Assembly (NCBI RefSeq): GCF_029504745.1
Contig: NZ_JAQFIQ010000018.1
Location: 1 to 32,000, forward strand
Source of the DNA: Breznakia sp. PF5-3
GTDB lineage: Bacteria > Bacillota_I > Bacilli_A > Erysipelotrichales > Erysipelotrichaceae
DNA length: 32,000 nt
Reading direction: 5' to 3'
Position 1 is the stretch's first letter. Each line of letters starts with the position of its first letter. The notes below the pieces were generated by a model. The model did not search any database, was not told the origin of the DNA, and saw only the letters and a program-made list of their open reading frames with translations. Below are positions 1 through 8,133 of this stretch, piece by piece. A program made the translations under genes and the position numbers.

Positions 1-345
1 GAAAGAATCATCATATACAGCATATCCATCACTCATTTGTCCATTTGTGGCACCATTACCATCATAAGTAACAGTATAATGATTTTTCTTCCATTTTGCT
101 ACTAAGGTAATGTTTTCTTCATATTGCCATGGATCTAATAATTCTTGATCTGCCAAAGTAATAAGTGTTCCATCTTTTAATGTAGCTTCCCAACCAACAA
201 ATGTGTATCCTTTTTTTGTATATCCAATAGTGTCTAAAGTGAAAGAATCATCATATACAGCATATCCATCACTCATTTGTCCATTTGTGGCACCATTACC
301 ATCATAAGTAACAGTATAATGATTTTTCTTCCATTGCGCATAAAG
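1..345. repeat. In-frame tandem coding repeat with a 240-bp period; nt 1-105 are 100% identical to nt 241-345
   Basis: Direct comparison shows the two 105-nt blocks are letter-for-letter identical, whereas the intervening segments (106-240 vs 346-480) have diverged. The period equals one 80-aa Listeria-Bacteroides repeat unit. Confidence 0.9.
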
Positions 346-1530
346 ATATGTTATATCATCTTCAAAAGGTGAAGCACCTAGTACTTGAGATGATGTATAT
401 TTAGTCCCTAATCCATCTGCTTTAGTATTCCAACTATCTAAAGTATATCCTGGTTTTTTAAATTTTGTAGTGTTATTATCTAAAATTGTATAAGTTAAAC
501 CGTAAATAGCTGTATCATCGTATTTAGAAGCAGAATTTTTATTATTGATAAGATATGAAATATTTGTTTTTTTCGAAATAGGTTTTTTATTATTATCGCT
601 AAAAGCAGCAGAGATTACTTTAATTTTTACTGATGTGTAAACATTATATTTATAGTGTGCCTCTGCCACCCCTTTGTTTTCAATACTATTTTTGAAAGCT
701 GTATTGTTTACCATAGCAGTATAATTTATAGTTATAAAATCTCCTGGCAGAATGTCAATAGTTTCTATCTTTAATGCATTTCCATTTATACTTGATATGG
801 GATTAGAAACTAAATTTTGACTATCTGTTAAAGTAATGCTATCTTGTTTAACACTAAGCCCTGCAGGGATTGTATCTTTGATGACAGCTTGTCTTGCCGT
901 ATCACTTCCAGTATTTTTGACCTTAATTGTATAGTCAATAGAATCTCCCACAAGTGTTGTTTCATTACGATTTGATGTTTTTGTTGCTTCTAAAGAAGGG
1001 GCAACGACAGGTATATTGAGGTTTATATTAAGATCATTTTTAAATGACTCTGAAAACATGTTTATAGAAATTGTATTATTTATGGTAACATCATCTTTTA
1101 CTTTTACAATAAAACTTATTTTATTGCTTGAGTAGGGAGCCATTAATCCTATATCTGCACGTACTGTATTTATATTTAAAGCAGGCTCATAGAAATCTAC
1201 ATTTCCACTTTCTACATTTCCGCTTCCACTCACAAATTCTAATTCTGGTGGAAGAACAATAGACGCATATCCAAAGTACATAAATGGAGGCAAAGACGTT
1301 GTCCATAATGCTTCTGCTGTTATTGTGAAAGTTTCTCCAGAATGTACAGCAAAAACAGAACTTGCTAAAGTCATATCTATTCCTGATTCTGAATCAGTAA
1401 CAGAATTCCATTTATTACTAGGTCCTGCAGTATCATCAGCCAATATTTTATTAGTAGCAGGTGTAAAGATGGTACTAATTAATAATAAAATTAAAGAAAA
1501 ATAGCTTATTTTTTTTATAATTGTTTTCAT
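1..1530 (-). CDS. Secreted surface protein, N-terminal 510 codons only (the gene runs off the window at position 1): signal peptide, DUF11-type conserved repeat domain, then Listeria-Bacteroides (Flg_new) repeats
   Basis: Absent from the ORF track because no stop codon lies inside the window. My own minus-strand translation from the ATG at 1530-1528 stays open to position 1. It begins MKTIIKKISYFSLILLLISTIFTPATNKILADD (signal peptide). It continues with TLVGDSIDYTIKVKNTGSDTARQAVIKDTIPAGLSV (DUF11 signature). Two units of WKKNHYTVTYDGNGATNGQMSDGYAVYDDSFTL follow (Listeria-Bacteroides repeat signature). Confidence 0.8.
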   Translation of the reverse strand, partial: MKTIIKKISYFSLILLLISTIFTPATNKILADDTAGPSNKWNSVTDSESGIDMTLASSVFAVHSGETFTITAEALWTTSLPPFMYFGYASIVLPPELEFVSGSGNVESGNVDFYEPALNINTVRADIGLMAPYSSNKISFIVKVKDDVTINNTISINMFSESFKNDLNINLNIPVVAPSLEATKTSNRNETTLVGDSIDYTIKVKNTGSDTARQAVIKDTIPAGLSVKQDSITLTDSQNLVSNPISSINGNALKIETIDILPGDFITINYTAMVNNTAFKNSIENKGVAEAHYKYNVYTSVKIKVISAAFSDNNKKPISKKTNISYLINNKNSASKYDDTAIYGLTYTILDNNTTKFKKPGYTLDSWNTKADGLGTKYTSSQVLGASPFEDDITYLYAQWKKNHYTVTYDGNGATNGQMSDGYAVYDDSFTLDTIGYTKKGYTFVGWEATLKDGTLITLADQELLDPWQYEENITLVAKWKKNHYTVTYDGNGATNGQMSDGYAVYDDSF

Positions 1531-1540
1531 TTAATAATTC

Positions 1541-1576
1541 TATAATATTTATGAAATTGTTTTCATAAATATTATA
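1541..1576. promoter_or_regulatory. Perfect 36-bp palindrome (16-bp arms, 4-nt centre) in the leader of the surface-protein gene; candidate operator or mRNA hairpin
   Basis: tataatatttatgaaa-ttgt-tttcataaatattata; the arms are exact reverse complements. It lies 11-46 nt upstream of the ATG at 1530 and encloses a 5-codon uORF. Confidence 0.5.
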
Positions 1577-1920
1577 AACTCCTTTCTTGATCATAACAAA
1601 ATATTTAATACTATATGTAAGTCATTAAGTTTAATTATTTGACTATACAGTATATGGTTTTGAATCAATATGCTCTCTCTTATAAATAAATTCATTTGTA
1701 CATATCTACTCTCTTGAAATTAATATTGTTTACTCTGTGTCTCCTTTCCTATTTTATTAATTAAAAAGGTTTCTCTGATATGTTAATCATCTTTTTTGTT
1801 GAAGTAAAAAAGATAAAATGTTATAGCATAATGTTTTATCCCATACCTATTTTTTAGCATATTCATGTTATTTTTCATATCATTCATACCAATGATTTTT
1901 TATTTATTAGAAAGTTTTAA

Positions 1921-1948
1921 AACAAACAAAAAGCACCAAATGGTGCTT
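1921..1948 (-). terminator. Rho-independent terminator after the 7TM-LuxR gene
   Basis: Minus strand reads aagcacc-attt-ggtgctt followed by tttgtttgtt. It sits 38 nt downstream of the stop codon at 1986. Confidence 0.7.
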
Positions 1949-1985
1949 AATAAAGACTATATGATAGATATTTGTTATTTTAAAA

Positions 1986-3476
1986 TTAATTTTTTTGTAA
2001 TTTGCAAATTAAATCTATTACACTATTACAGTTTGCTTTTTGATAAATATGTGTACAATGTGTGTTTATAGTACCTAAGCTGATATGCAATAAATTCATT
2101 ATTTCTTCACGACTTTTACCATCAATTAAAAGTAGTGCAATTTCTTTTTCTCTTTTACTTAATCCATACTTTACAAGTTTATCTTCAGGTTGTATTTCTT
2201 CTTGTCTTGTGATGAGTTCATAATATTTTTTTTCTGCTGATTTCAAAGATAAATGAAGCCTTTCAATTCTTTTGGAAGTTTCTGATTGCTCAACCGATAA
2301 AACTAACATATAACAAAATACAAACAAGACCATTCCAATGGCAGAATTAAAAGTTTTCCCTGCAAAGAAGTGAACAATTGTAACATTATTTCGGGTAAGG
2401 ATATCAATAATAATGAAAACAGCAAATAAGAAAATCCCAACAAAAGTAAAGATTTTTTTAAATGACCAATCTTTGTTTATAAATACCAGAGAAAAAACAC
2501 CTTGTAAAATCATAATAACGGAAATAATTTGAAATTGGACAAGAAAGGATGAAAAGAAGAGAGGCTCAGTAAATAGAATTAAACACGAAAATAAAAAACT
2601 AAATAGTAAATAGAAATAAATACTATATTTATGCAAAGTATTTGGAAATAATCGATTCACTAAATAAGCAAGGATAATAGCGGCCCAAATATAATTCAAA
2701 TATTCTAGGCGAATACTAAGTTGCCATTCATCAACATATAATTCAAATACATTCCCTGCCGCAAAAGATAAAAACAAGCAAAGAATCGAAAAAAGTAAAG
2801 AAGTGATTTGTTTTCGATTTAATAAGAAAACACTTAAATAAAATATGGAAGACATTATTAATATTCCAAAGATAATTCCATATTTGATATTAGAGTTTCG
2901 CTCATAATTAATCATTGTTGTTGCTTCCCCAAGGGTGAAAATTGGCGGTTTTCCACCCTCTACATATACAAAATTTGCAACTTGTATAATAATTTCAGTA
3001 TTTGTATTTGTAGGAGTGAAATATGTAACTTTTTTTTGTATAGATGGTTGTGTTGCTTCTTTGGTTGTTCCTGGATTTCCAACACAAGCTACTTCTTTTC
3101 CATCAATATACATGCGCATAGAAAAATTAGAAGTATTATAGGATAATCCATAAAGTTTATTTGGTTCAAGTTTGAGATTGATTCGATGTGTTATATAATT
3201 TAATTCTCGATAATTTAATTGATTATATGGAAGTGGACTTTCGGCGTCAGAGATATTTTTTGGCGAATACAGTTTATTTTCCCAACTATCCCATTGTGGA
3301 GAAAGCTCATATACATCTTTATGAAAATCAACATTTGTTAAATCATATGTTCCTTGTGTACTAATAGCATTATCAATATTGATGCTTTTTGATTCATGAA
3401 AAACAAATAGCCATAAGCATACGACGATTAGAAATATTAAAAACAAACTACTATATATTGTATTTTTTGATTTCAT
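1986..3476 (-). CDS. Membrane-bound one-component regulator: N-terminal extracytoplasmic 7TMR-DISMED2-like domain, 7 TM helices, coiled coil, C-terminal LuxR/GerE-type HTH
   Basis: 496-aa ORF. It has a signal-anchor, a soluble domain of about 190 aa, then seven hydrophobic segments. The C-terminus LSKREKEIALLLIDGKSREEIMNLLHISLGTINTHCTHIYQK matches the LuxR/GerE HTH pattern. Confidence 0.8.
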   Translation of the reverse strand: MKSKNTIYSSLFLIFLIVVCLWLFVFHESKSINIDNAISTQGTYDLTNVDFHKDVYELSPQWDSWENKLYSPKNISDAESPLPYNQLNYRELNYITHRINLKLEPNKLYGLSYNTSNFSMRMYIDGKEVACVGNPGTTKEATQPSIQKKVTYFTPTNTNTEIIIQVANFVYVEGGKPPIFTLGEATTMINYERNSNIKYGIIFGILIMSSIFYLSVFLLNRKQITSLLFSILCLFLSFAAGNVFELYVDEWQLSIRLEYLNYIWAAIILAYLVNRLFPNTLHKYSIYFYLLFSFLFSCLILFTEPLFFSSFLVQFQIISVIMILQGVFSLVFINKDWSFKKIFTFVGIFLFAVFIIIDILTRNNVTIVHFFAGKTFNSAIGMVLFVFCYMLVLSVEQSETSKRIERLHLSLKSAEKKYYELITRQEEIQPEDKLVKYGLSKREKEIALLLIDGKSREEIMNLLHISLGTINTHCTHIYQKANCNSVIDLICKLQKN

Positions 3477-3782
3477 TATATGCCCCTCTTATTCCTCTTT
3501 TACTTCTAGTATATATAATTATACATAATTATTTGAAAAATTGATATTTTATCTAAATTAGTAATAAAAAAGCTATGTGATTGATGTTCCCTCTGTCAAG
3601 TAGACAGGGGAAATATATAAAATTTATATAGACGATTTATCAATAGGATAGAGCGTCTTTTTCTTATGCATAGATACTCGTTTGTTGTTTCTGTTGTAAA
3701 TGTCTTTTATTGGATAGGCTACAATAAAGTAGACAGAAAAGATAAGGTTGTCATGGTAAAATAGAAGAGCGAGGAAAAGAAA

Positions 3783-4055
3783 GTGACAACAAGAAGAGAA
3801 CGTAGAGTATTTACAAGTGAATTTAAACAGCAAATGGTAAATTTATACCAAAGTGGAAAACCCAAGTCCGAAATTATTAGAGAATATGATTTAACCCCTT
3901 CAGCATTAACGAAATGGATTAAACAGGCAGATACAGCAGGATCATTCAAAGCAAAAGATAACCTTACTCCAGAAGAAAAAGAATTGATTGCTTTAAGAAA
4001 AAGAAATAAACAGCTTGAAATGGAGAACGACATTTTATACCCCAAGGGCACCTAG
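3783..4055 (+). CDS. IS3-family transposase OrfA (HTH plus leucine zipper), prematurely terminated
   Basis: RRERRVFTSEFKQQMVNLYQSGKPKSEIIREYDLTPSALTKWIKQ and LRKRNKQLEMENDIL are typical of IS3/IS150-group OrfA. After ENDIL the reading continues YPKGT-stop. Confidence 0.8.
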   Translation: MTTRRERRVFTSEFKQQMVNLYQSGKPKSEIIREYDLTPSALTKWIKQADTAGSFKAKDNLTPEEKELIALRKRNKQLEMENDILYPKGT

Positions 4056-4121
4056 AAGCAAGCGGCTCTGATTACGTCCTAAGTAAAAGTAATCAGAGCA
4101 AATGCACACAAGTATTCGGTT

Positions 4122-4913
4122 GTGAAAATGTGTAAGGCATTAAATATTTCGAGATCTGGATATTATAAATACCAAGATAAGGTTGCAAAGGTTGATAATT
4201 ACAATGATATTGTAGTTAGAATATTTAATGATAATCAGAAAGTCTATGGAACACGGAAAATCAAGCATTCATTAGCGAAACAAGGTATTTGTATCTCGAG
4301 AAGGAGAATTGCACGGATTATGCATCAAAATGGACTTGTATCGGTATATACAGTGAAGAAATATAAAGTACATAAGACAACTGTTAATGAAGCAAAAATA
4401 GAAAATAAAGTAAATCGAGAATTTGATAACAGAAACCCAAAAGAAGTCATAGTAAGTGATTTAACGTACGTTAGAGTGAATAACCAATGGAATTACATTT
4501 GTGTAGTTATCGATTTGTATAACCGGGAGATTGTTGGTTATAGTTGTGGGAAATATAAAGATGCAAAACTTGTGAAACAAGCATTTTTAAGCATCAAAGG
4601 AAATCTATTTGAATACAATATTTTCCACACAGATAGAGGTAATGAATTTGATAATTATTTAATCGATAATGTATTAGAAACATTTGGAATTGACAGATCC
4701 TTAAGTAGGAAAGGAAATCCATACGACAATGCAGTTGCAGAAGCACATTTCAAAATAATCAAAACTGAATTCGTCCGCGAAAGAACGTTTGCATCATTGC
4801 TGAATTTGGAACAAGAATTATCCGCATACGTATATTGGTTCAACAATAAGCGAGTGCATTCAACTTTAGGTTATCAAAGTCCTGTGGAATATAGACAAAA
4901 CATGACCTTATAA
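4122..4913 (+). CDS. IS3-family transposase OrfB (rve integrase core, DDE)
   Basis: Contains VSDLTYV, the HTDRGNEF motif, and NPYDNAVAEAHFKIIKTEF followed by YNNKRVHSTLGYQSPVEY, the classical IS3 DDE/K-R pattern. The ORF-track start is a GTG, and homology extends upstream of it (VIRANAHKYSV). Confidence 0.85.
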   Translation: MKMCKALNISRSGYYKYQDKVAKVDNYNDIVVRIFNDNQKVYGTRKIKHSLAKQGICISRRRIARIMHQNGLVSVYTVKKYKVHKTTVNEAKIENKVNREFDNRNPKEVIVSDLTYVRVNNQWNYICVVIDLYNREIVGYSCGKYKDAKLVKQAFLSIKGNLFEYNIFHTDRGNEFDNYLIDNVLETFGIDRSLSRKGNPYDNAVAEAHFKIIKTEFVRERTFASLLNLEQELSAYVYWFNNKRVHSTLGYQSPVEYRQNMTL

Positions 4914-4983
4914 AATTTGTCTACAAAAGTGTTGCCATTCCAGAGACGTATGATACAAGAACAAGGTTTACAAGTATCATACA

Positions 4984-5019
4984 AGGAAAAAAATAAGATC
5001 AATTTTTATTGATCTTATT
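4984..5019 (-). terminator. Rho-independent terminator-like hairpin
   Basis: Perfect 12-bp arms, aataagatcaat-tttt-attgatcttatt. On the minus strand the hairpin is followed by ttttttt. Confidence 0.5.
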
Positions 5020-5063
5020 GAGTACAGATTTAGGGTATAAACCCCGTTAGAATTTATAGTGCC

Positions 5064-5092
5064 ATAAAAAACCGCAACGAAGTGTTGCGGTT
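5064..5092 (-). terminator. Rho-independent terminator downstream of tRNA-Asp
   Basis: Minus strand reads aaccgcaac-acttc-gttgcggtt followed by tttttta. Confidence 0.7.
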
Positions 5093-5108
5093 GAGATTAC
5101 AATTTAAG

Positions 5109-5146
5109 AAACCAGAATTTCTTAGGAAACTCTGGTTTGTTTTTTT
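5109..5146 (+). terminator. Plus-strand terminator-like hairpin with T-tract
   Basis: aaaccagaatttc-ttag-gaaactctggttt (13-bp arms, 1 mismatch) followed by gttttttt. Confidence 0.5.
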
Positions 5147-5217
5147 ACTAGACCCTACATTACTTTATAGGTTCATTCAATATAAACCTTATACTAATCT
5201 AAAGCCCTATTTTTTTA

Positions 5218-5293
5218 TGGCGGTCCAGATGGGACTCGAACCCACGATCTCCTCCGTGACAGGGAGGCATGTTAACCACTACACCACTGGACC
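5218..5293 (-). tRNA. tRNA-Asp (anticodon GUC), CCA encoded
   Basis: I folded it by hand. The 7-bp acceptor pairs GGTCCAG with CTGGACC. The D-arm is GTGT/ACAT. The anticodon stem pairs CCTCC with GGAGG around the loop CTGTCAC. The T-arm is GTGGG-TTCGAGT-CCCAT. The discriminator is G, followed by CCA. Confidence 0.93.
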
Positions 5294-5316
5294 ATTTTCT
5301 TTTGCTGACGAAGTTT

Positions 5317-5345
5317 ATTCTATCAAATATTTGCACAATACGCAA
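5317..5345 (-). promoter_or_regulatory. Candidate sigma-70 promoter for tRNA-Asp
   Basis: Minus strand reads TTGCGT, 17 nt, TAGAAT. The -10 element ends about 23 nt upstream of the mature tRNA 5' end. Confidence 0.45.
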
Positions 5346-5398
5346 GCGTTTTAGAACAATTTTTTGAAAAAAATAGATTTCTCAGCAAAAGATCTGTT

Positions 5399-6187
5399 TT
5401 ATCCTTGTATAAACTGCCTTAAATACGAATTTAACTCTTCCAAATGTTTCTTTTCATCGACTGCTTTTGATGTAATTTCGTATTCATTAACATCTTTTAT
5501 ATATTTCTTGTATATATCACCATACTGGAAAGGGTGAATCGGATCTTGTTGGTTTGATAAAATCATTGTTGGTGCCTTTATTTTTTCAAGATCAGCTAGT
5601 TTATTTATTGGTTGTTTTGAAGGCATGATTTTAAATTTATTTGGATTTTTAATTGCATTAGGATCATCAAAGAAACGAAGCAATGAAGCTGCTACTTGTG
5701 GTGTTTCTTCTATCAGTCTCTTATACATATCATCTTGTATAAATAATTCTTTACCATTTTCCATATGGAGATATTTTTCCATATTTTCAAACCATGTCTT
5801 AATTTGTTTCTCCATCGGTTGATCCAACCATGCAATACGGATTAACACTAAACCTTTTACAAATTCTGGATAGCGTATCGCTATATTTGTAGAAACTCCT
5901 GCTCCCATTGATATTCCTGCTAAATAGAATTGTTCCAATTTTAAATACTTGGCTAAACCTATAACATCATCTGCTAATGTATCAAAGTCTAAAGTTTTCC
6001 AATCTGTAATTTCGCTTTTCCCATGTCCCCTTTGATCAAGCACAATAAGCTTTACACCTTCGATAGGTTTGTATACGTTTTTAGGTTGTTCAATATCTCC
6101 ACCCAAGCCATGAAGGAAAATAAATGGTATTCCTTCACCAATAACTTCATAGTTAAGTTCTACTAAGTTTCTTACAAAATATGACAT
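5399..6187 (-). CDS. Alpha/beta-fold hydrolase
   Basis: HGLGGD oxyanion region and nucleophile elbow GISMGAG. SD aaggag lies upstream of the ATG. Confidence 0.85.
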   Translation of the reverse strand: MSYFVRNLVELNYEVIGEGIPFIFLHGLGGDIEQPKNVYKPIEGVKLIVLDQRGHGKSEITDWKTLDFDTLADDVIGLAKYLKLEQFYLAGISMGAGVSTNIAIRYPEFVKGLVLIRIAWLDQPMEKQIKTWFENMEKYLHMENGKELFIQDDMYKRLIEETPQVAASLLRFFDDPNAIKNPNKFKIMPSKQPINKLADLEKIKAPTMILSNQQDPIHPFQYGDIYKKYIKDVNEYEITSKAVDEKKHLEELNSYLRQFIQG

Positions 6188-6199
6188 CCAATTTCTCCT

Positions 6200-7021
6200 T
6201 TATAGTTTCTCTTCCAAAAATTCTATACTACTTGAAATCTGATCAACTGATAATCCATGCATAATTAGTGGACCATCATAAGCATATTTTTTTAATAACG
6301 CTATATATGTATTATAATCTAAAATTCCTTCTCCTGCAGCAACAAATGCAATATCCGATGTATTTGCTAAATCCTTTGCATGTGCTAAAACAATATCTTT
6401 CCCTAAATATATAAATGCTTCCTTTAATACTTCTTCCATATTTTCTACTTGTGATGGTAGAAAAAGATTTGCTCCATCCATTACAATTTTCAAATTTGAA
6501 CTATTGAATGTATCTAAGTATGTTCTTGCTTTTAATGGCGTATTCACAATATTACTAGCTTCGGTTTCTACACCTAAAATAATATTATGTGTTTCTGCAC
6601 TTTTTAAAATCTGACTTGTTGTATCCAATAAATCTTCCCATGCTTCTGGAGTATCATTATTTGGATGCCATTTCCATTTACTTTCTCTATTCTTACTACC
6701 TGTACATAGTGTAATGATTGTAATTTGCAATTCTTTTGCAATTTTACATAATATATCAAATTGCTTTATCCCCTCATTTCTTTTTTCAATATCTGGATCA
6801 ATCATATTGAATGTACCTGATAACGCATCTAGATGAATATCATACTTCTTTGCTAAATGCTTAATCTCCTTTAGCTTTGCTTTATCAATTTCATCTGGCA
6901 TGGTTGGTAAACCTGCAGATGATAGATTAAACTGCGTATGATGAATTCCATATGCGCTCATTTCTTTAAATGTTTCTTCTAAAGATAAATTCCAAGTTTT
7001 TGAAAAAATACCAATTTCCAT
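6200..7021 (-). CDS. Sugar phosphate isomerase/epimerase (xylose-isomerase-like TIM barrel)
   Basis: 273-aa ORF with family-typical length and pattern. Its start overlaps the upstream stop by 1 nt (TAATG). Confidence 0.8.
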   Translation of the reverse strand: MEIGIFSKTWNLSLEETFKEMSAYGIHHTQFNLSSAGLPTMPDEIDKAKLKEIKHLAKKYDIHLDALSGTFNMIDPDIEKRNEGIKQFDILCKIAKELQITIITLCTGSKNRESKWKWHPNNDTPEAWEDLLDTTSQILKSAETHNIILGVETEASNIVNTPLKARTYLDTFNSSNLKIVMDGANLFLPSQVENMEEVLKEAFIYLGKDIVLAHAKDLANTSDIAFVAAGEGILDYNTYIALLKKYAYDGPLIMHGLSVDQISSSIEFLEEKL

Positions 7022-8109
7022 TATAAGTTTCCTCCTACTTCCTTTATTACAATCCTTTTTCCATTTGCTTGTACCGATTGATGGGTAGCAATTAATGCTT
7101 TTAGTGTTGCTATTCCATCTTCTATCGTTGCGCCAAGTTGTTTGCTTCCATTTAAAATAGTATCACTAAAACCTTCCAACTGTCTTCTAAAGAAATGACC
7201 ATCTTCATCATATGGACTTGTTGTAAGCTTTTTTGTATCATTCCAACAAATTACATCTGATGTTCGAAAAATCCATGGATTATACGTTTTTACTTCAATG
7301 GTTCCATTTGTTCCATAAATTTGCATTCCTTCATGCCAGTCTTTTCTAGCAGCGATTGTAAGATCCAAGTTACCAATTGCACCATTTGCAAATTCACAAG
7401 CAATTAACCAAGAATATAATCCATCTTTTTGCACATGTTTCGCCTCAACTGAAACAATCTCTCCCATCATATAACGCGCTGTATCAAACAAATGACTTGC
7501 ATGTCCTAATAAGTAATACACTTCTTTGTTTTCCTTAGGGTCGCCTTTTGGCTTCTTCATTGTAACACTTGAATATAAAACTGGCATAACATTATCACAT
7601 ACCTTATAACGTTGACTACTATCACAATACCACGCTTTAAATGTTGTTACATCACCTATTTCCTCTTTTATAAAACGATTTGCAAATTGTAACCCTGCAT
7701 CAAAACGTTTCATATTTCCAACTTGAAAAATCAAGTTTTCCTTAGCAAGTAACGCTTGTAGTTCTTCACATTCTTCTACAGATACACCCAATGGTTTTTC
7801 AACCAATACATGCTTCCCCGCTAAAATAGCTTGTTTTGCACACATTGCATGAAATTGGTCTGCAACCCCGATAATTATTGCATCCACCATTGGATCTTTC
7901 AACATTTCTTTATAATCACTATATACTTTTTGGGGATGATATAATTCTTCCATTCGATCTAGCAAATCTTTTGCAATATCACAAATCGCATACAATTCAA
8001 CATTTTTAGCCTTCTGTGCAGCTTCAAAATGAGCAGCTTGGCAAATTGTTCCACATCCTAAGATGCCAACTTTTAAGGTTCTTTCATCTTTCTTCACATT
8101 TGTATTCAT
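7021..8109 (-). CDS. Gfo/Idh/MocA-family NAD(P)-dependent oxidoreductase
   Basis: N-terminal Rossmann motif KVGILGCGTICQAAHF and the VLVEKPLG motif. I prefer the ATG at 8109 (MNTNVKK, SD aaggag 8 nt upstream) over the track's GTG at 8115. Confidence 0.88.
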   Translation of the reverse strand: MNTNVKKDERTLKVGILGCGTICQAAHFEAAQKAKNVELYAICDIAKDLLDRMEELYHPQKVYSDYKEMLKDPMVDAIIIGVADQFHAMCAKQAILAGKHVLVEKPLGVSVEECEELQALLAKENLIFQVGNMKRFDAGLQFANRFIKEEIGDVTTFKAWYCDSSQRYKVCDNVMPVLYSSVTMKKPKGDPKENKEVYYLLGHASHLFDTARYMMGEIVSVEAKHVQKDGLYSWLIACEFANGAIGNLDLTIAARKDWHEGMQIYGTNGTIEVKTYNPWIFRTSDVICWNDTKKLTTSPYDEDGHFFRRQLEGFSDTILNGSKQLGATIEDGIATLKALIATHQSVQANGKRIVIKEVGGNL

Positions 8110-8133
8110 AATCACATCTCCTTATCTACCATC

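Larger units (their letters stand above)
3711..4942 (+). mobile_element. IS3-family insertion sequence (1232 bp), probably defective
   Basis: Terminal inverted repeats have TG...CA ends: 3711-3735 tggataggctacaataaagtagaca against the reverse complement of 4918-4942, tggaatggcaacacttttgtagaca (18/25 identical). They enclose an HTH OrfA and a DDE/rve OrfB. No flanking direct repeat is present (tat vs gag). Confidence 0.8.

Noticed and set aside
1865-2071. A 68-aa plus-strand ORF in the intergenic region that overlaps the 3' end of the LuxR gene
   Set aside because: It is AT-rich and of low complexity, has no SD, and spans a minus-strand terminator and the end of a real gene.
3624-4051. Two minus-strand ORFs (69 and 110 aa) across the IS3 left end
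   Set aside because: They are antisense to IS3 orfA and the left TIR. They are hydrophobic, low-complexity shadow ORFs without ribosome-binding sites.
5082-5354. A 90-aa plus-strand ORF
   Set aside because: It overlaps the antisense of tRNA-Asp and two terminator hairpins, has no SD, and its translation is an artefact of the tRNA complement.
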